Assembly: GCF_002105155.1 (NCBI RefSeq) | Contig: NW_019028993.1 | Location: 372,001 to 436,000, forward strand | DNA: 64,000 nt | Direction of reading: 5' to 3' | Source of the DNA: Lobosporangium transversale | Lineage: Eukaryota | Shown here: positions 51,534-64,000 of the stretch, one piece after another | Layout of the letters: every line of letters starts with the position of its first letter | Numbering within the stretch: position 1 is the stretch's first letter | The notes under the pieces: generated by a model | What the model saw: only the letters and a program-made list of their open reading frames with translations | What the model was told of the DNA's origin: nothing | The model's database searches: none | Translations under genes and position numbers: made by a program

Positions 51534-53249
51534 TTATGCCTCTTGCTCTTGTTGCTGCTGTTGTAACAATTGCTGTTGTTGTTGTCTTTTCTTTTCGAGT
51601 CTCCATTTGTTGAGACCCATACCGCCGGTGCAGAGCATGACGAGAGAGGCACCCAAGACGCTGAAGAAATCGGGATTTTCATGCTGAATGGTGATCTGGA
51701 ATATGAATGCGAATACAATATCGTTCATGCGCATCAAAGTTCCTGGTCCCAGAGGCGCCAATTGTAGGCTGAACATTAGGAAAAAAAAAAAAAAAAAAAA
51801 AAGTCATCGTATTAGAATTAAGATTCGTGTTTGTACACGCTATCATTTTTCAAAAAAAATAAAAAATAAAAAAAAAAGAAAAAGAAAAAGAAAAAAAAAA
51901 AAACTTACCCCGAGTTCAAAAGAACCTGTCCAATAAATGCAACGACACCGAGGGTGATAATGCCTGTCCACACAAGAGTACCTTGTGGTGCTTTGTAGCC
52001 ACCTTGGAGAGCATATAGACCGATCATGCTTACAAAGCAGCTCACAACACCAAAGTAGACGACGTGTTGCATGGAATGGGCACCTTGTTTTCCAATCTTG
52101 CGAACAATCACATATGCCTAAATAAAGGAAACAAAAAAAGGGAGAAAAAAAAAAAAAAAAAAAAAAAAAAAGTTAACAGGAGACCTTCAGATCCCGCAAG
52201 ATGCTTAAAAGTCCGAACGTCATGGGAAAATATGCATGTTGATGTGCAAAAAATACATGTACAGGAAATCAAGAGAGAAAAGAGGTCGGATTTTTTTTTT
52301 TTTGCGCAGTATGCAGATCAAAGAATTGCTTTTGTTTCGGAGAAAGATTGGGTTTGTCTTTTGCATCGCCAGATCCGCTAGTGCCTGCCGTATTTTGTGT
52401 GTTGACAAATCCAGCTCAGCATAGCATATTAAATGACCCTTTTTTTTACTATTAGTGCTATTGGAATCTCCCCTTTTCCCTTTTTTTTTTTTTTTTTTTT
52501 TTTTTATTGTAAAAATGACTTACCACAGCGGAGCACATTGCTCCACAAATCCCAGCCAAAGCACCATAGAGTCGATGATGATCTTCTCCTTGTCTCTGTA
52601 GCAACATCATCATGACAGCGGACGAACTATTGTCGCTGAAGCTCTTTGGATCCTGATGAAACAGGACTGAGGGCTTCGCGACCAAGATGACTCCAATCAT
52701 CGAAACCACAGAAGCCAACATATCCAATGGACCGAAAGGCTCTTTGAGAACAATCCTACCCAAGATCGCCGTGAAGACAGGTCCCAAAAAGAAGATGACG
52801 GTCGCATCTGCCAGAGGCATGACACTCAACGCATAAAAGAAAAACCCCAATCCACAGGATCCTGCCAATCCACGACAGAACAACAAAAACCGAACGCCTT
52901 TATTTCCAAAGGGTGAAACATTGAGGCATCGACAGGCTATAACACCAAGAAATGTTTGCACAACACCTCGAAAGAAAACAATCTCAAAAGAAGGAATGGT
53001 CTTCGCGGTCAGAGAGACCAACAGGGACATAAAACTGAAAAATAAGGCGGAAAGGGTCATATAAAAAAGACCCCTCGTCTCTTGATGGCGTTGTAGAGCT
53101 GCTGCTACTGCTGTAGTTCTATCTTTAGTAGCTTCAGGTGAAGCAGAAACCACAGTACTTGAGGAAGTTAAAGTGGAGGGGGTATAGGGTGTATCGTTGG
53201 CATTGGGTTTGCTATGTAAAAGAGGGCTAGATTCACTATGGGCTGTCAT
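51534..53249 (-). CDS. EamA/DMT-family transporter (SLC35G-like; 3 exons)
   Basis: GLFYMTLSALFFSFM, FEIVFFRG, RGLAG, MPLADATVIFFLGPVFTAILGRIVLKEP, IVRKIG, AFIGQVLLN|SGLQL. Confidence 0.9.
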
Positions 53250-53481
53250 GATTCAAAGGAGGTGAAATAGATACGGTGACCTTGTGGATGAAAGAAACAA
53301 AAAAAAAGAAAAAGAAAAAAAAAAAAGAAAAGAAAAAAAGGAATGAGTGGAGAAAACGAGAAGTCAAGTCGTTGCTTCGAGTGGTGGAAAAGGCAAAACT
53401 TTAACGCTCCTCCAAAGGCAAGGATGCAAGGTAAGTAGACAATGATCATGTGACTGACTTTGCCACCCTTTGACCTGAAAT

Positions 53482-53514
<33 letters not shown>

Positions 53515-53846
53515 GGTTTACCCGTTGTCACATGAGATCCTCAACAATGACAGTGATGTGTGAAGGTCGCACAGGGCTCCCTGGCGGATTAATACATATG
53601 GTGGCGCCTCTTCATTTATTCGCCCGCATCGGTGTATCAAATCTATGTACGATACGAAAAACCGCAATAAATTTTGTCCTGGGCCATCCTTCCTTCTTTT
53701 CATTTACTCATTTTTACTTCATTTCATTCCATTGGAAGTTCAATTCGTTCTCTCGTTTCTGTACTCTTATTTTAATATCTTTCAGAAACGTGGCAACTGT
53801 GCATCCCATTAAAATCTTGACTGATATTCAATAACTACCTGACTTT

Positions 53847-56789
53847 ATGAGTCGCTTCTCCAGTATCGGCACGACCACTACAATGTACAACAGTGGGTCT
53901 TCATTCACGCACAGTTCTACACCCCACCCGAAAAGCGATCTGATCATGGCTCCAAAACGTTCACTTCCTCCACCACCCCCTATTCCTTCATCAACAGCTA
54001 CACCACCAAAACGACCAGTACCATCTCTCCCTACAACAACTGATGATGAACGATTACCCCAGGCTGCAGCTACGTCTCCAAAGCGATCGCTGCCTCCACC
54101 ACCAACGCCACCCACCAGTAGAGAGCACAGTAGCATAGCACCGCCGCCCCGGTCATTACCACGCCCGCTCTCTGTTGTCTCTCTTACCAAGCCCAATCGA
54201 CCTATACCCTCTATCCCAGCACCATCTCATACCCACATCGAAAGCGAAGATAATGAGAAAACTCTCCATGCTCCTACAACTCCTGAGACCCCAACCGGGA
54301 TTGCGCCAGTACCATCGCCGCGTCGTCTCAGTATTATTGAAGGACTGGCCAAACCACCAATCATTCGTCCGTCATCCATGGTTTCTGTCAATTCAATCCG
54401 AACATCTGAAAAACATACCTCTTCTATTTATGAAGAAGACGAAGAGGAGCATGGACCAGTGAAGGTGCAAGAGCAAGAGCAAGGGCCAAGGGAGGATAAC
54501 GCACCAATGTCTCCGATACATTCAACGACTATGCCTGCTGTACCTTGGTTAGCTGAACTGGAAAACAGGCGAGCTGGATTGAATTCTACTAAGAAACCGC
54601 CAGCCGAGCATTCAAGTCATATCTCTTCAGATTCTGCTCAAACACCTCTCGAATCTTCGAAACGAGTCATCTCCACTTCAAAATCACCTCAAACCTTAGT
54701 AACGAATGGATATCAGAAAAATCTGGTCCCTGTGCCCTCAACACACGTTCATTCACTAAAACACACAACACCCACATCTCCAAAGCCAGTACCAGTATCA
54801 ATAACCACGTCCTCCGTCACACAGACAACCGGTGTAGTTCTACCTAAACGCGCCGTGCCCCGATCCCCAGTTACTCCAAGGTCGTCAGAGTCAACGCAGG
54901 GAGACAAACTATCACCTATTCCTAACCGGTCGGGATCAAACATTTTGAAGAAGATTGAGGAGCTACATCTAAATGAAGAATCACCTGCACCTCCACACCC
55001 ACCCTTGCCACCTTCCAAACCACGAAGATTACCCTGCATTACTCCAGTTCGTGATGATCAGACAGCGGAGCGTGTGCAACAAACGCAGTTCAAGATCGAG
55101 CCGCCTCTTCCTATCCCAGCACCTATACCACCATCTCTTCCACAAAGGCGCCCAACTATATCACAAAAACCAACTCCTCCTCCCCCTCCTCCTCCACGCC
55201 CTACGCTGCCGCAACGTCCTGAAACACTGCAACACCCCGAACCTCTTCAACGTCCAGAACTGCCTCGGCGACCAGAGTTACCTCAGCGTCCCCCTCTACC
55301 AAAGCGCCCTGGACAGCAAATGCAGCAGCAGCAGACTACGACACATAGCCATCATTCATCCTCACAGTCTTTCTCGAGCGTACAAACCTCAACAACCACA
55401 GTTAACGGGTTTTCCAGTCATTTTTCACAAAAGGCTTCAGTATCATGCACGTCATTGATTGAGCTTCAGTCAGGCGAAGATGCTGTCAGTGCACTCAATC
55501 GAACTTCACCAATGTTTACACCAGAATTCAATGGTGAGAGACTAGATCTAAGCCTAGCAGATTTTTCAGCGATGGACGACCATGCCAGGTCATGTCCACG
55601 GTCCGAAGAGGAAAGCATTGCTAGACTCTCTTACTATTTGACATCGCCCTTCCAAGGTGACCAAGTGGCACAACTGAGGACGATCTTTACATGGCTCGCT
55701 ACTAATATTGAGTATAACATGAAGGGACTATTATCCGGTAACTTTGGCGATAACTCTGCCGAGACCGTCCTCCGAACCAAGACTGGAGTCTGTGCAGGGT
55801 TTTCAAATCTTTTCATGGCTCTTGCGGCTCCGGCACAGTTGGGTGTGACACAGGTGACGGGTGTTGCTCGTGGATATGGGGTCGAGGTTGGAGGTGACTC
55901 GTTGGGTGCAGGACATGCGTGGAATGCGGTAACGATTTCAGGAGAATGCCTATTAATTGATTCGACATGGGGTGCAGGAGCAGATGATCCGACAACGGGA
56001 ATGAGCAAGATGTTTAAACCACAGTACTTCCTGATACGCCCAGAGTGGTTAATCTATAGTCATTGGCCAAATCAACCACAAGATCAATTTCTGAACCCAC
56101 CTATTCATGTGGATGTGTATCGCGCGCTGCCTTTCCGAATGATAGATTCATGGACGCTGGGTATTGTCCCAATCGGAGTGAATAGCACGCACACGGTGTA
56201 TACAGATAATGATTACTTTGAGCTTGAAATCTTGCTTGAGAAACAAGCATGGAATGGAGCAACTGCGTTCATGGCATCTCACCTGGACTGGAAGACTACA
56301 GGCGAAAGAATCAAGGCAGCTCGTCACTGGACTCGTGAAGATGAGAAGGGTATCATCATGACAATCAAATGTATTTGCCCCACACCAGGATTCGGGACAC
56401 TGATGGTCTATGGAATGCCTGCGACTAGCACTGAAGGTCACTCAATCAACGTTCTGCAGTACAAGATCGTGAATAATGGTAGTGGGGCAAACGCAATGCC
56501 CATGATGGAGACGTATGATGTACTGGGGTTTTCGTTTTCAATCATGGAGCCTATTACAGCACGCGTTCAAAGTGGTGTTACACAGACCATCCGCGTCAAG
56601 ATCTTTAATGTACAGAAGGGAGAAACGGCGCCTAGGCCCGTATTGGTGGGCGGGTTTATGCCTGATCCGATGAAGGAGATAGGACAAGGATTGTATGAGT
56701 TACAGAAGACACTGAGGCCTGGCGAATACAAGATTGGGTTCATGAAGGGCATCTCCATGGGTCTCCTTGGTGTCTTCCATGCAGTATAG
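53847..56789 (+). CDS. Transglutaminase-like (KY peptidase / Cyk3-type domain) protein with long Pro-rich N-terminus, single exon
   Basis: LRTIFTWLATNIEY, GVCAGFSNLF (Cys), HAWNAV (His), LIDSTWGAG (Asp), YFLIRPEWLIYSHWP. Confidence 0.9.
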   Translation: MSRFSSIGTTTTMYNSGSSFTHSSTPHPKSDLIMAPKRSLPPPPPIPSSTATPPKRPVPSLPTTTDDERLPQAAATSPKRSLPPPPTPPTSREHSSIAPPPRSLPRPLSVVSLTKPNRPIPSIPAPSHTHIESEDNEKTLHAPTTPETPTGIAPVPSPRRLSIIEGLAKPPIIRPSSMVSVNSIRTSEKHTSSIYEEDEEEHGPVKVQEQEQGPREDNAPMSPIHSTTMPAVPWLAELENRRAGLNSTKKPPAEHSSHISSDSAQTPLESSKRVISTSKSPQTLVTNGYQKNLVPVPSTHVHSLKHTTPTSPKPVPVSITTSSVTQTTGVVLPKRAVPRSPVTPRSSESTQGDKLSPIPNRSGSNILKKIEELHLNEESPAPPHPPLPPSKPRRLPCITPVRDDQTAERVQQTQFKIEPPLPIPAPIPPSLPQRRPTISQKPTPPPPPPPRPTLPQRPETLQHPEPLQRPELPRRPELPQRPPLPKRPGQQMQQQQTTTHSHHSSSQSFSSVQTSTTTVNGFSSHFSQKASVSCTSLIELQSGEDAVSALNRTSPMFTPEFNGERLDLSLADFSAMDDHARSCPRSEEESIARLSYYLTSPFQGDQVAQLRTIFTWLATNIEYNMKGLLSGNFGDNSAETVLRTKTGVCAGFSNLFMALAAPAQLGVTQVTGVARGYGVEVGGDSLGAGHAWNAVTISGECLLIDSTWGAGADDPTTGMSKMFKPQYFLIRPEWLIYSHWPNQPQDQFLNPPIHVDVYRALPFRMIDSWTLGIVPIGVNSTHTVYTDNDYFELEILLEKQAWNGATAFMASHLDWKTTGERIKAARHWTREDEKGIIMTIKCICPTPGFGTLMVYGMPATSTEGHSINVLQYKIVNNGSGANAMPMMETYDVLGFSFSIMEPITARVQSGVTQTIRVKIFNVQKGETAPRPVLVGGFMPDPMKEIGQGLYELQKTLRPGEYKIGFMKGISMGLLGVFHAV

Positions 56790-56914
56790 AGTTTTTTGTA
56801 TTAAGCTGCTTTGATAAAACAAAAATTAATTTGAAATATTTGAATTGATATTATTATTATTCTATTATTCTATTATTCTATTAATGTGATCATTATGATT
56901 GTTATTGAAATTAA

Positions 56915-57469
56915 TTATCTCCTATCTTTGATATGATCGACAAACGTTTGGACCAATGATGGTGGCTAATAAAGAGAAAGAAGAAAGGAATTTAGACTTA
57001 TGAATCGATGATCAAACGTGCATGGGTTTATAGCCACAAAGTTTTTTTATTTTTTTATTTTTTTATTTTTTTTTTATTTATTTATTTATTTATTTTTTTT
57101 TTTAAAGGACGGTATACTTACATCTGCAACAATGGCGAAGCGATTATCCCAGTCGACGATCAGCGGTTTCTTTAATAACCCTGGTTTACCATCCAAAGCC
57201 AGTTGCGCTTCTTTAATAGTGGATACCTTTGGAGCATCCTCCTTGAGAATCAACGATGCTCCTTTTGCCTCGGATCCATTGCCGAGATAGCGAATAATAT
57301 CAGCTACTTGAGCATGCGTTGGAGGGATCTTCTTTGATTGAACCACATCCACGTCAAACTTGTGTGTAATAGCTGCTCTCTTCAGAAGCCGCAAGGATTC
57401 TTTTGAGAGCTTGCAGGTAGGGTCATGAAAAATGGTAATCATGGTACTCTTCGGAAGCCGGAATGACAT
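56915..57469 (-). CDS. Fmp46/DUF1687-like mitochondrial thioredoxin-fold protein (2 exons)
   Basis: MSFRLPKS..ITIFHDP, PPTHAQVADIIRYLG, LKKPLIVDWDN; last exon PPSLVQTFVDHIKDRR*. Confidence 0.8.
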
Positions 57470-57878
57470 TTTGAAAAGGAAAGGAATGTTTCTTTTTTGT
57501 TGTTGTTATTGTTGTTGTGAAATGAGAACAAAGCAAGTTTAAAAAAAAAAAAAAAATGAACGCATGAATTCGAAAATGATTTTTCCTTTTAGGAAAAGGG
57601 GATCTAGATCATGTGACCAACACATAACGTAGATGTGTGATATGTATGTTTTTGTTTTTTCTTGCATAATGGGATCTTATCTGATATGAAGGCAATATTT
57701 TTAATGAAGACAACAAGATGAGAAAGAAAATAGTACAACGTTTTCTATCCGTACAAATAGACGAAGAAAGAAGGGATCGGATAGAGATATTTCTCCACCG
57801 CGAGAAAGAACAAGTTGAATAAACTAATAAACTCGTAAAGTATATGTTAAAGAAAAAAAAAAAAGAAAACCTCCTCAT

Positions 57879-58517
57879 TTAATCAGATTCCTCATCCTCA
57901 TCCTCCTCGTCATCCTGGGCCTTCTTAGCATCGTAGGCAGCCTTCTCGGTGGCATACTTGGCCTTGGCTTTCTCGTGCTTTACAACGTAAGGCTAATTTT
58001 TGTTTTTGACAAGCAAAAAAAAAAAAAAAAAAAAATTTAGCAACACGCGACGCGTCACAAAAACAAAAAAAAGTCAAAACGGATTTAAGCAATTTGGGTC
58101 AACTTACAGCCTTCTGGTCTTCAGTGTATGCCCTCCACTGCTCTCCGAGAAGACGTCCGATCTCACCTAAAAAAATAAAAAGGAATGAACGCGTCAGCGA
58201 ACATATGCAGCCAGCCACATATTCAGTTAGAAAGCCTTATTCACTATACTTCAAAAAAAAAAAAAAAAGGCTATTTTTTTTTTTTTTTTTTTGCTTTTTC
58301 ACCGTATTTCACGATGGATCCTGAATGACTTACCGAAGGATGAATCAGGGTTTTGAGCCTTCACCTTCTCGCGCCATTCCTCACAGAACAAGAGGTAGGC
58401 AGACATAGGATTCTTGGGAGCATTGGGGTCCTTCTTGGCCTTTCTCTTCCTCTTCTTGACTTCCTCGTTCTTGCCACGCTTTGACACTTTGGCGTCTTTC
58501 TTTGCGACCTTGGGCAT
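57879..58517 (-). CDS. NHP6: Nhp6-like HMG-box chromatin protein (3 coding exons)
   Basis: [42 protein letters not shown]...[15 protein letters not shown], acidic tail [11 protein letters not shown]. Confidence 0.93.
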
Positions 58518-58590
58518 TATGCGTTATCTATAATAGTCAATTTTTTTTATTTTTTATTTGGTTTGTCAGTCATCTCAGCTCCCAGATCAG

Positions 58591-58622
<32 letters not shown>

Positions 58623-61199
58623 GTCACCAGACAGACACCCACGCAAAAGCATGTTTGCAAAATTGACGTGGATATGTTATTTATTCCAAGTGCAATATTT
58701 GATTTTTTTTGTGTGAAGCAAGAAGCTCCGAAATATTGTGTGGGAGTGGATGTAGGAGTGTATATGTATGTCTGTCTGTCTTTTTATATTTTTTTATTTA
58801 GCCTTTTATGACGGGTTAGGGATGAGAAAGTGAGATGAGAATGAGGGATGGTGGCTCGGGTATGGGGATGAGCCTTGGTCCGTTCCAGCAGTGAGGATGA
58901 ATGATATGGATATGAATTTTCTCCTCTCGATCGCCTCTTTAGTTGGCGATAATAAAAATCAAGCCTGTGTCTTGTGGTTGTTTAACATATTACGAGCATA
59001 TGGAGGATATGATTACTTACAATATGGAGTTTTCCTTGGGAGTAGAGTGGAGTGAGTATATGTGGTAGTATAGAGAGAGAGTGTGGAAGTAGTAGAGAGA
59101 AGAGAGAAAAAAATTCAGCGGGGGGAATGCGGGTTTTGGCTGTCCTTTTGTGAGAGAGCAGACAGATGGCCCAGCAAAAATTGAGCGAGGGGCATTTGTA
59201 CCAGCGTGACCTATACTGAGACTATAGTTACATTATTGCGCTCTATTTGGACAGGATCTTTCGACACTGTGCTACTTGCACTCCTACTTTCTCTTACTTT
59301 TCTTACACTCACAAACTGACTGACTTCGATTGAGTATTTTATTACTATGTTGAACTATTCTGTAGATTGTATGAATTGTGTATATGTGATCGTAGTCAAC
59401 ACCGCACCACACACATGCACAATTCAACTGAGCCAAAAAAAAAAAAAAATTTTAAGAGAGGGGAGAGTGCACTGTGATTCGTTCTTCCTGTGTGTGTATA
59501 TGTGTGGTATATGTGAGTGCTATTTCTGCAGGCTCGTCTCATTCAAATCCACTACTGCTGGCTGTATGCAATCGCTGCTGTCTCCAACAATGTCCTTTTT
59601 TTGGCTTGCAGACAAGGTTGACATACATTCATTCATACACAGATCCATCCCTTTCCTCCTACAAAAAAATAAATAAATAATATAACAGAACAGTGATTGG
59701 GACTAGACCAAGCTGGTGAACCTATTATATGTCATATACAGGCAATTCATTATACTATATCTCACTCATAATAGCACTCAGTAGCATAATAACAATTATA
59801 TATTTTATTCCAATACTTCCGTGCGAATCTAACGACCAAGGGGGTAGGGCGAACGAGGAACAAAGAGAAAATGTCTGGAGCAAGGATACGGCAGAGAACG
59901 GATAAATACACAAGCCCTCGCCAATTCTATCATAATGTGTACTCTATTATTCTTATTCTCTTAATATCGCTGCGGCTCACCATATTATAACCTTGAACAT
60001 TCACATTCACACACAAATCAACACATTTGCATACAAACAATGGGATCACTCCATGTATACACCATGTACTGGCACTTCCCTGTCCATCTTTCCTTTCTAC
60101 ACCCATAAACATCTACGCACAACTTCACAAAGACCGAGGAAGGAAATATGAATGTATTTGTGAGCTTCTTTTTTTTTTTTTTTCCTTGCACCAAGGAGTT
60201 TTCAAATCAAGTGGGCAATGATAAATTGTCTTGGACACATACCACATTTTGTTTAAATGTACAAAAGTGATTGAATCTTGTTCTTGTCATAGATAAACAA
60301 TATCCCGTTCAATATTACGTTTTCCCCATGTCTGCTGTAAAAAAAAATACAGTGTAACCTTTACGTTAGATGCAGTTAGAACACAATGCTCAGTAAAGGT
60401 TCTTACATGTGTTTAGTTCCAATATGTAGTCAGTAAAATCAGTCCTGATCACTTTAGTACCGAATACGCGGAGCGTCAACAAAGACATCGTGGGGCGCAT
60501 AAATATAAACTATTTTGTCATTGACTCAACCAACCTCCACAAATGTGAACACACAGGTGCATGGCACGTACGTATGATAAGATTAAATGAAGACGGTTGA
60601 TTACGCTTGCATTTTCTTCTTCATCTAAGAGCTAATAAACAACATGATCTAAGGGCCCTAAGTACATGTAAACGACGAAACTCTAAATCTCGGTTTTGTT
60701 TTTGAGGAATCCCATTCTCATTAATTCGCAGAAAGGTGATGATAAAACGTTATGCGATAATAAATGTTTTCAAATATCTCATCCGAGACAATTTTACTTT
60801 TACGATGCTGAACAACTGTCGGTGACCATTTCTTATGGTGACTTTTTCAGAGTCATTTAAAAATGAGCTGAGAATGACGAATGAAAGGTAGAGAGGAAAG
60901 GATCCTTCATTCTCAGATAGTCCAAAAGATGGCGCAATTCATTAGACAAGTCCAGATTCCCAGTATGATTTCTCAGTATGATCAATTGGAGCCTTGGCTA
61001 TCAATCAACTCCTTGAGCAGCCAAGTGCCTTGTGTCTGTAGGCCTATGTGGAGAACATGTTGATCCTGCGACATGTTACATCCTTTGCTTGTGAAACAGA
61101 GCGTCACAAACACTCCTTTTTTTTTTTTTTTTTTTTTCACTGAATGCTTCATCTTTGACCACGCATCTACTTCAAAATTCATTTTAAACTTTTCTCGTC

Positions 61200-61678
61200 A
61201 TGTCCGAGAATCGAGGCATTGATTATCAGCCGCTTCATTCAGAGGTACTGGACTCTCCGGCATACCGTCTTGGTAACCCACCACACACACCAGGAGCAGA
61301 CCAGTCACCTTTTGGCGGACAAGGGGGCCCGGACGGAGAGGACGATGAAGAGCGTGAAGGGACCCATGCATCAGAGATCCAGGAGTTAGTTAGGCCATCA
61401 GAGCGAGAGTTCGACGAACATCTTCGTCAACAACAAATTTTTAGGATAGATTCACAGGATCATGACAGAAGTAATGAAAAATCAAACGAAGAGGACACTG
61501 AAGATTGGACCATTAGGATACAGGCGTTCTTTTGTGCAGTCGTGCTTGGTGTTTCAACTCACTTTACATTGCGCATCACAGGGCCACTGAAAGATGTGCT
61601 CAAGGAGGTATAAATGAACTTTACTTACTATGTGTGTGGATGTGTAGGCTTCTATAGGATAAGATTGCTAATGGTCAA

Positions 61679-61710
<32 letters not shown>

Positions 61711-62726
61711 TTTTTTTTATTGTAGAACATGAACATTACCAACACACAATTCTCACTATTACAGTCATCGTTAACATTGTTCCCCACACTTATCCCACTT
61801 ATTGGAGGCCTGTTAATCGAGCGCTATGGGACAGGGCCTAGTTCGATCGCATTTACCTCGATTGTCATTTTAGGACAGCTTATTGCGATTTTGGGTTGCT
61901 GGACGCGCTCTATCAGAACCATGATTATAGGATATTGTCTATTTGGGTATGACATCAAGTTGCATATAATGTTAATAAGGCCTGGTGAAGGAGTTCTAAC
62001 TGCTTTTATTGCATAACCTGGAGCAATGATGGTTCTGGCACTAAAAATGAATGCTTATACGCTTTATTATCTATCCACAACCTTTAATAACGTATGAAAT
62101 AATACAGCCTAGGAGCAGCCCCTATTACTATCATCCAAGAAACTATTTGGGTTAGGTATTTCCGGAAGCATAACCTTGCTTTTGTCTTGGCATTGGGGTT
62201 GACTAGTGGAAAAGTGGTACGGCATACTGACTGGCCGTCTTTTTTTTAGCTATGATCTTGGCTGTTGGCAGAAAAGCAGAAAAGCAAAAAAGCTCACAGA
62301 ACTCTTATTTGTGGCGGGGTTTGATCTTTCGAAATGAAAGGCAGGATTCTTAGCGCTTGCAACATCGGTTCCTCTAAGTACTTTACAGCCTTTTGGATTC
62401 GTCACGCCCTTCGTAGTAGCATTGATTATATCCGTAATTGCATGGGTGATGAATATTGTGTTTTTGTTACTTCTTAAAAAACCGAAGAAGGACGCCGACA
62501 CTATGACCAAAATTACGATCCTACTGAAAGAGAAACGGACACATCTTGGCTGGAGAGAAGTATATGGGTTCTCCACTTTATTGTGGTCATTGCTGACGAT
62601 CAGTTTCCTGGTCGGGGCAAGCTGGAACCCGTTCATGCATCAAGCAAGGTACAGTCCCTGATGGCAGTAAATTAAAGCAGATTGAAAAACACTGCTGAGG
62701 ACGTACAGACTGACACGCGTCCCTTC

Positions 62727-62763
<37 letters not shown>

Positions 62764-63934
62764 AATCGTGATCTATAGTAACATCGTAAAGCATCGCTAC
62801 GACCTTGACGACAAACAAGCAGCCTGGGAAGCCTCAATTATCTTGGCAGTTCCTCCGATTATTTATCCTTTCCTTGGAACATTCATTGATAATGTTGGAA
62901 AGCGTGCATGGTTACTTTTAGTGACAGCGGGCCTAATCATTAGCACACACCTTATTCTTCTCGTACCCTTCACGACTTACGCCATTCCCCCAACCATACC
63001 CATGTTCCTATTCGCGCTTTCTCTGTCACTGGGGACTCTCTCTATTGTCACTAGTATGCCTGTGCTTACAAAACATGTTCCTACAGGCCTGGGACTACAT
63101 CGTTCTATTGATAGCATTGGTGCCACTCTGTTCGGAACCATTGTAGGGATGATGCAAGATTTTACGGCTGTCGAAGAAGATGGCATGGGAATATCCGAAA
63201 GCTTTTTCGATCGCCTTTATCATCACTTTTTCCCGCCTCAAGAAGACAAACTACAGCAGGAGCGCGAAGACATCCAACTATTAGGCCTATTTCTATTTGT
63301 AGGAATTGTATTATTCCTTGCATGCTCAGTGTTTGTGTGGGGCGATTACCATTGGACTGATGGAGAAGGCGGCAAGACAGGCCTTGTCAATGGCGTATAT
63401 AACAAGGATGGGTCTTCAAGTCGAGTCCCGTCGAAACGTTCAAGAAGGAACCGAAGGCGACGGCGAAGGAGCCACGAAGTCCTGGAAGCTATGACTATGG
63501 AGCCCATCTTTGAGTTAGAGGACGAGCCGGATGCGGAAGAGATGTCAATGACTGAAATTGGAACAAAGGACCCTGGATCCCCTCGACCCGCTGCTCAGCA
63601 AAGGATGGGAGCAAGTGTAGTTAATAATTTATCACAATCACCATCATCAAGCCAATATCCTGCAGCTCGAAATCGCGACCAAGATGGCGATAGAGATATA
63701 ATATATGGCCATGACCGGGTACGACATGAAAGCGATCGTCTGCGCGAGGATTATTCGTCTTCCTCAGACGAATCGGACGAAGAGAGTGGGGAGCATCGAT
63801 TCGGTGTACACATTGAAAGTGGCGAGGACGATGTGCCACAGTATAAAAAAAGACAAGCGCATTTTTGGATAATGGTGTGGTCTGTGCTACTTGTGACAAG
63901 TTGGGCCGTGTTTGGAATTGGTGTATCACAATAG
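61200..63934 (+). CDS. Major facilitator superfamily transporter (MFSD1-like; multi-exon)
   Basis: QFSLLQSSLTLFPTLIPLIGGLLIERYG, G.CLFG|LG..PITIIQET, PFLGTFIDNVGKR; multiple hydrophobic helices. Confidence 0.88.
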
Positions 63935-64000
63935 AGGGCTATAACAATAAAAAGTCACTTTTTTATATTTCTCCCCTTTTTACTCTTTACAGAAGTTTGC

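Overview
Gene-dense, intron-rich fungal DNA with long poly(A)/poly(T) tracts. The style suggests an early-diverging fungus such as Mortierellaceae; this is an inference. About 20 mostly housekeeping genes can be assembled across introns: Pil1/Lsp1-like, MsrB, Rrn7, JMJD6-like, pyruvate kinase, mitochondrial uS11, NADPH-dependent ADH, Gtr1/RagA, acetyl-CoA synthetase, ADHFE1, DUF4203 protein, DcpS, WD40 protein, AreA-like GATA factor, EamA transporter, transglutaminase-like protein, Fmp46-like, Nhp6 and an MFS transporter. The standout is a ~5 kb palindromic locus at ~16.6-21.9 kb that the ORF track misses because of splicing. Two divergent paralogous genes encode signal-peptide-bearing, repeat-built peptide precursors. 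One has four H-I-K/R-I-P-P units. The other has hypervariable cores (WKLIEL, WGTIIYGSSHGPF, HPIWY, RFPIEF, YDYGVKPL, HIKVPIGPI) between conserved KGP(H/R)(L/F)xDDSxKExR linkers. The genes sit behind 1214-bp inverted promoter arms in which I found no mismatch, and the identity stops just after the TATA box. This looks like a candidate RiPP-like or secreted peptide-library system without canonical Kex2 KR sites. Function is unproven, and no tailoring enzyme is visible nearby. All exon boundaries were read by eye.
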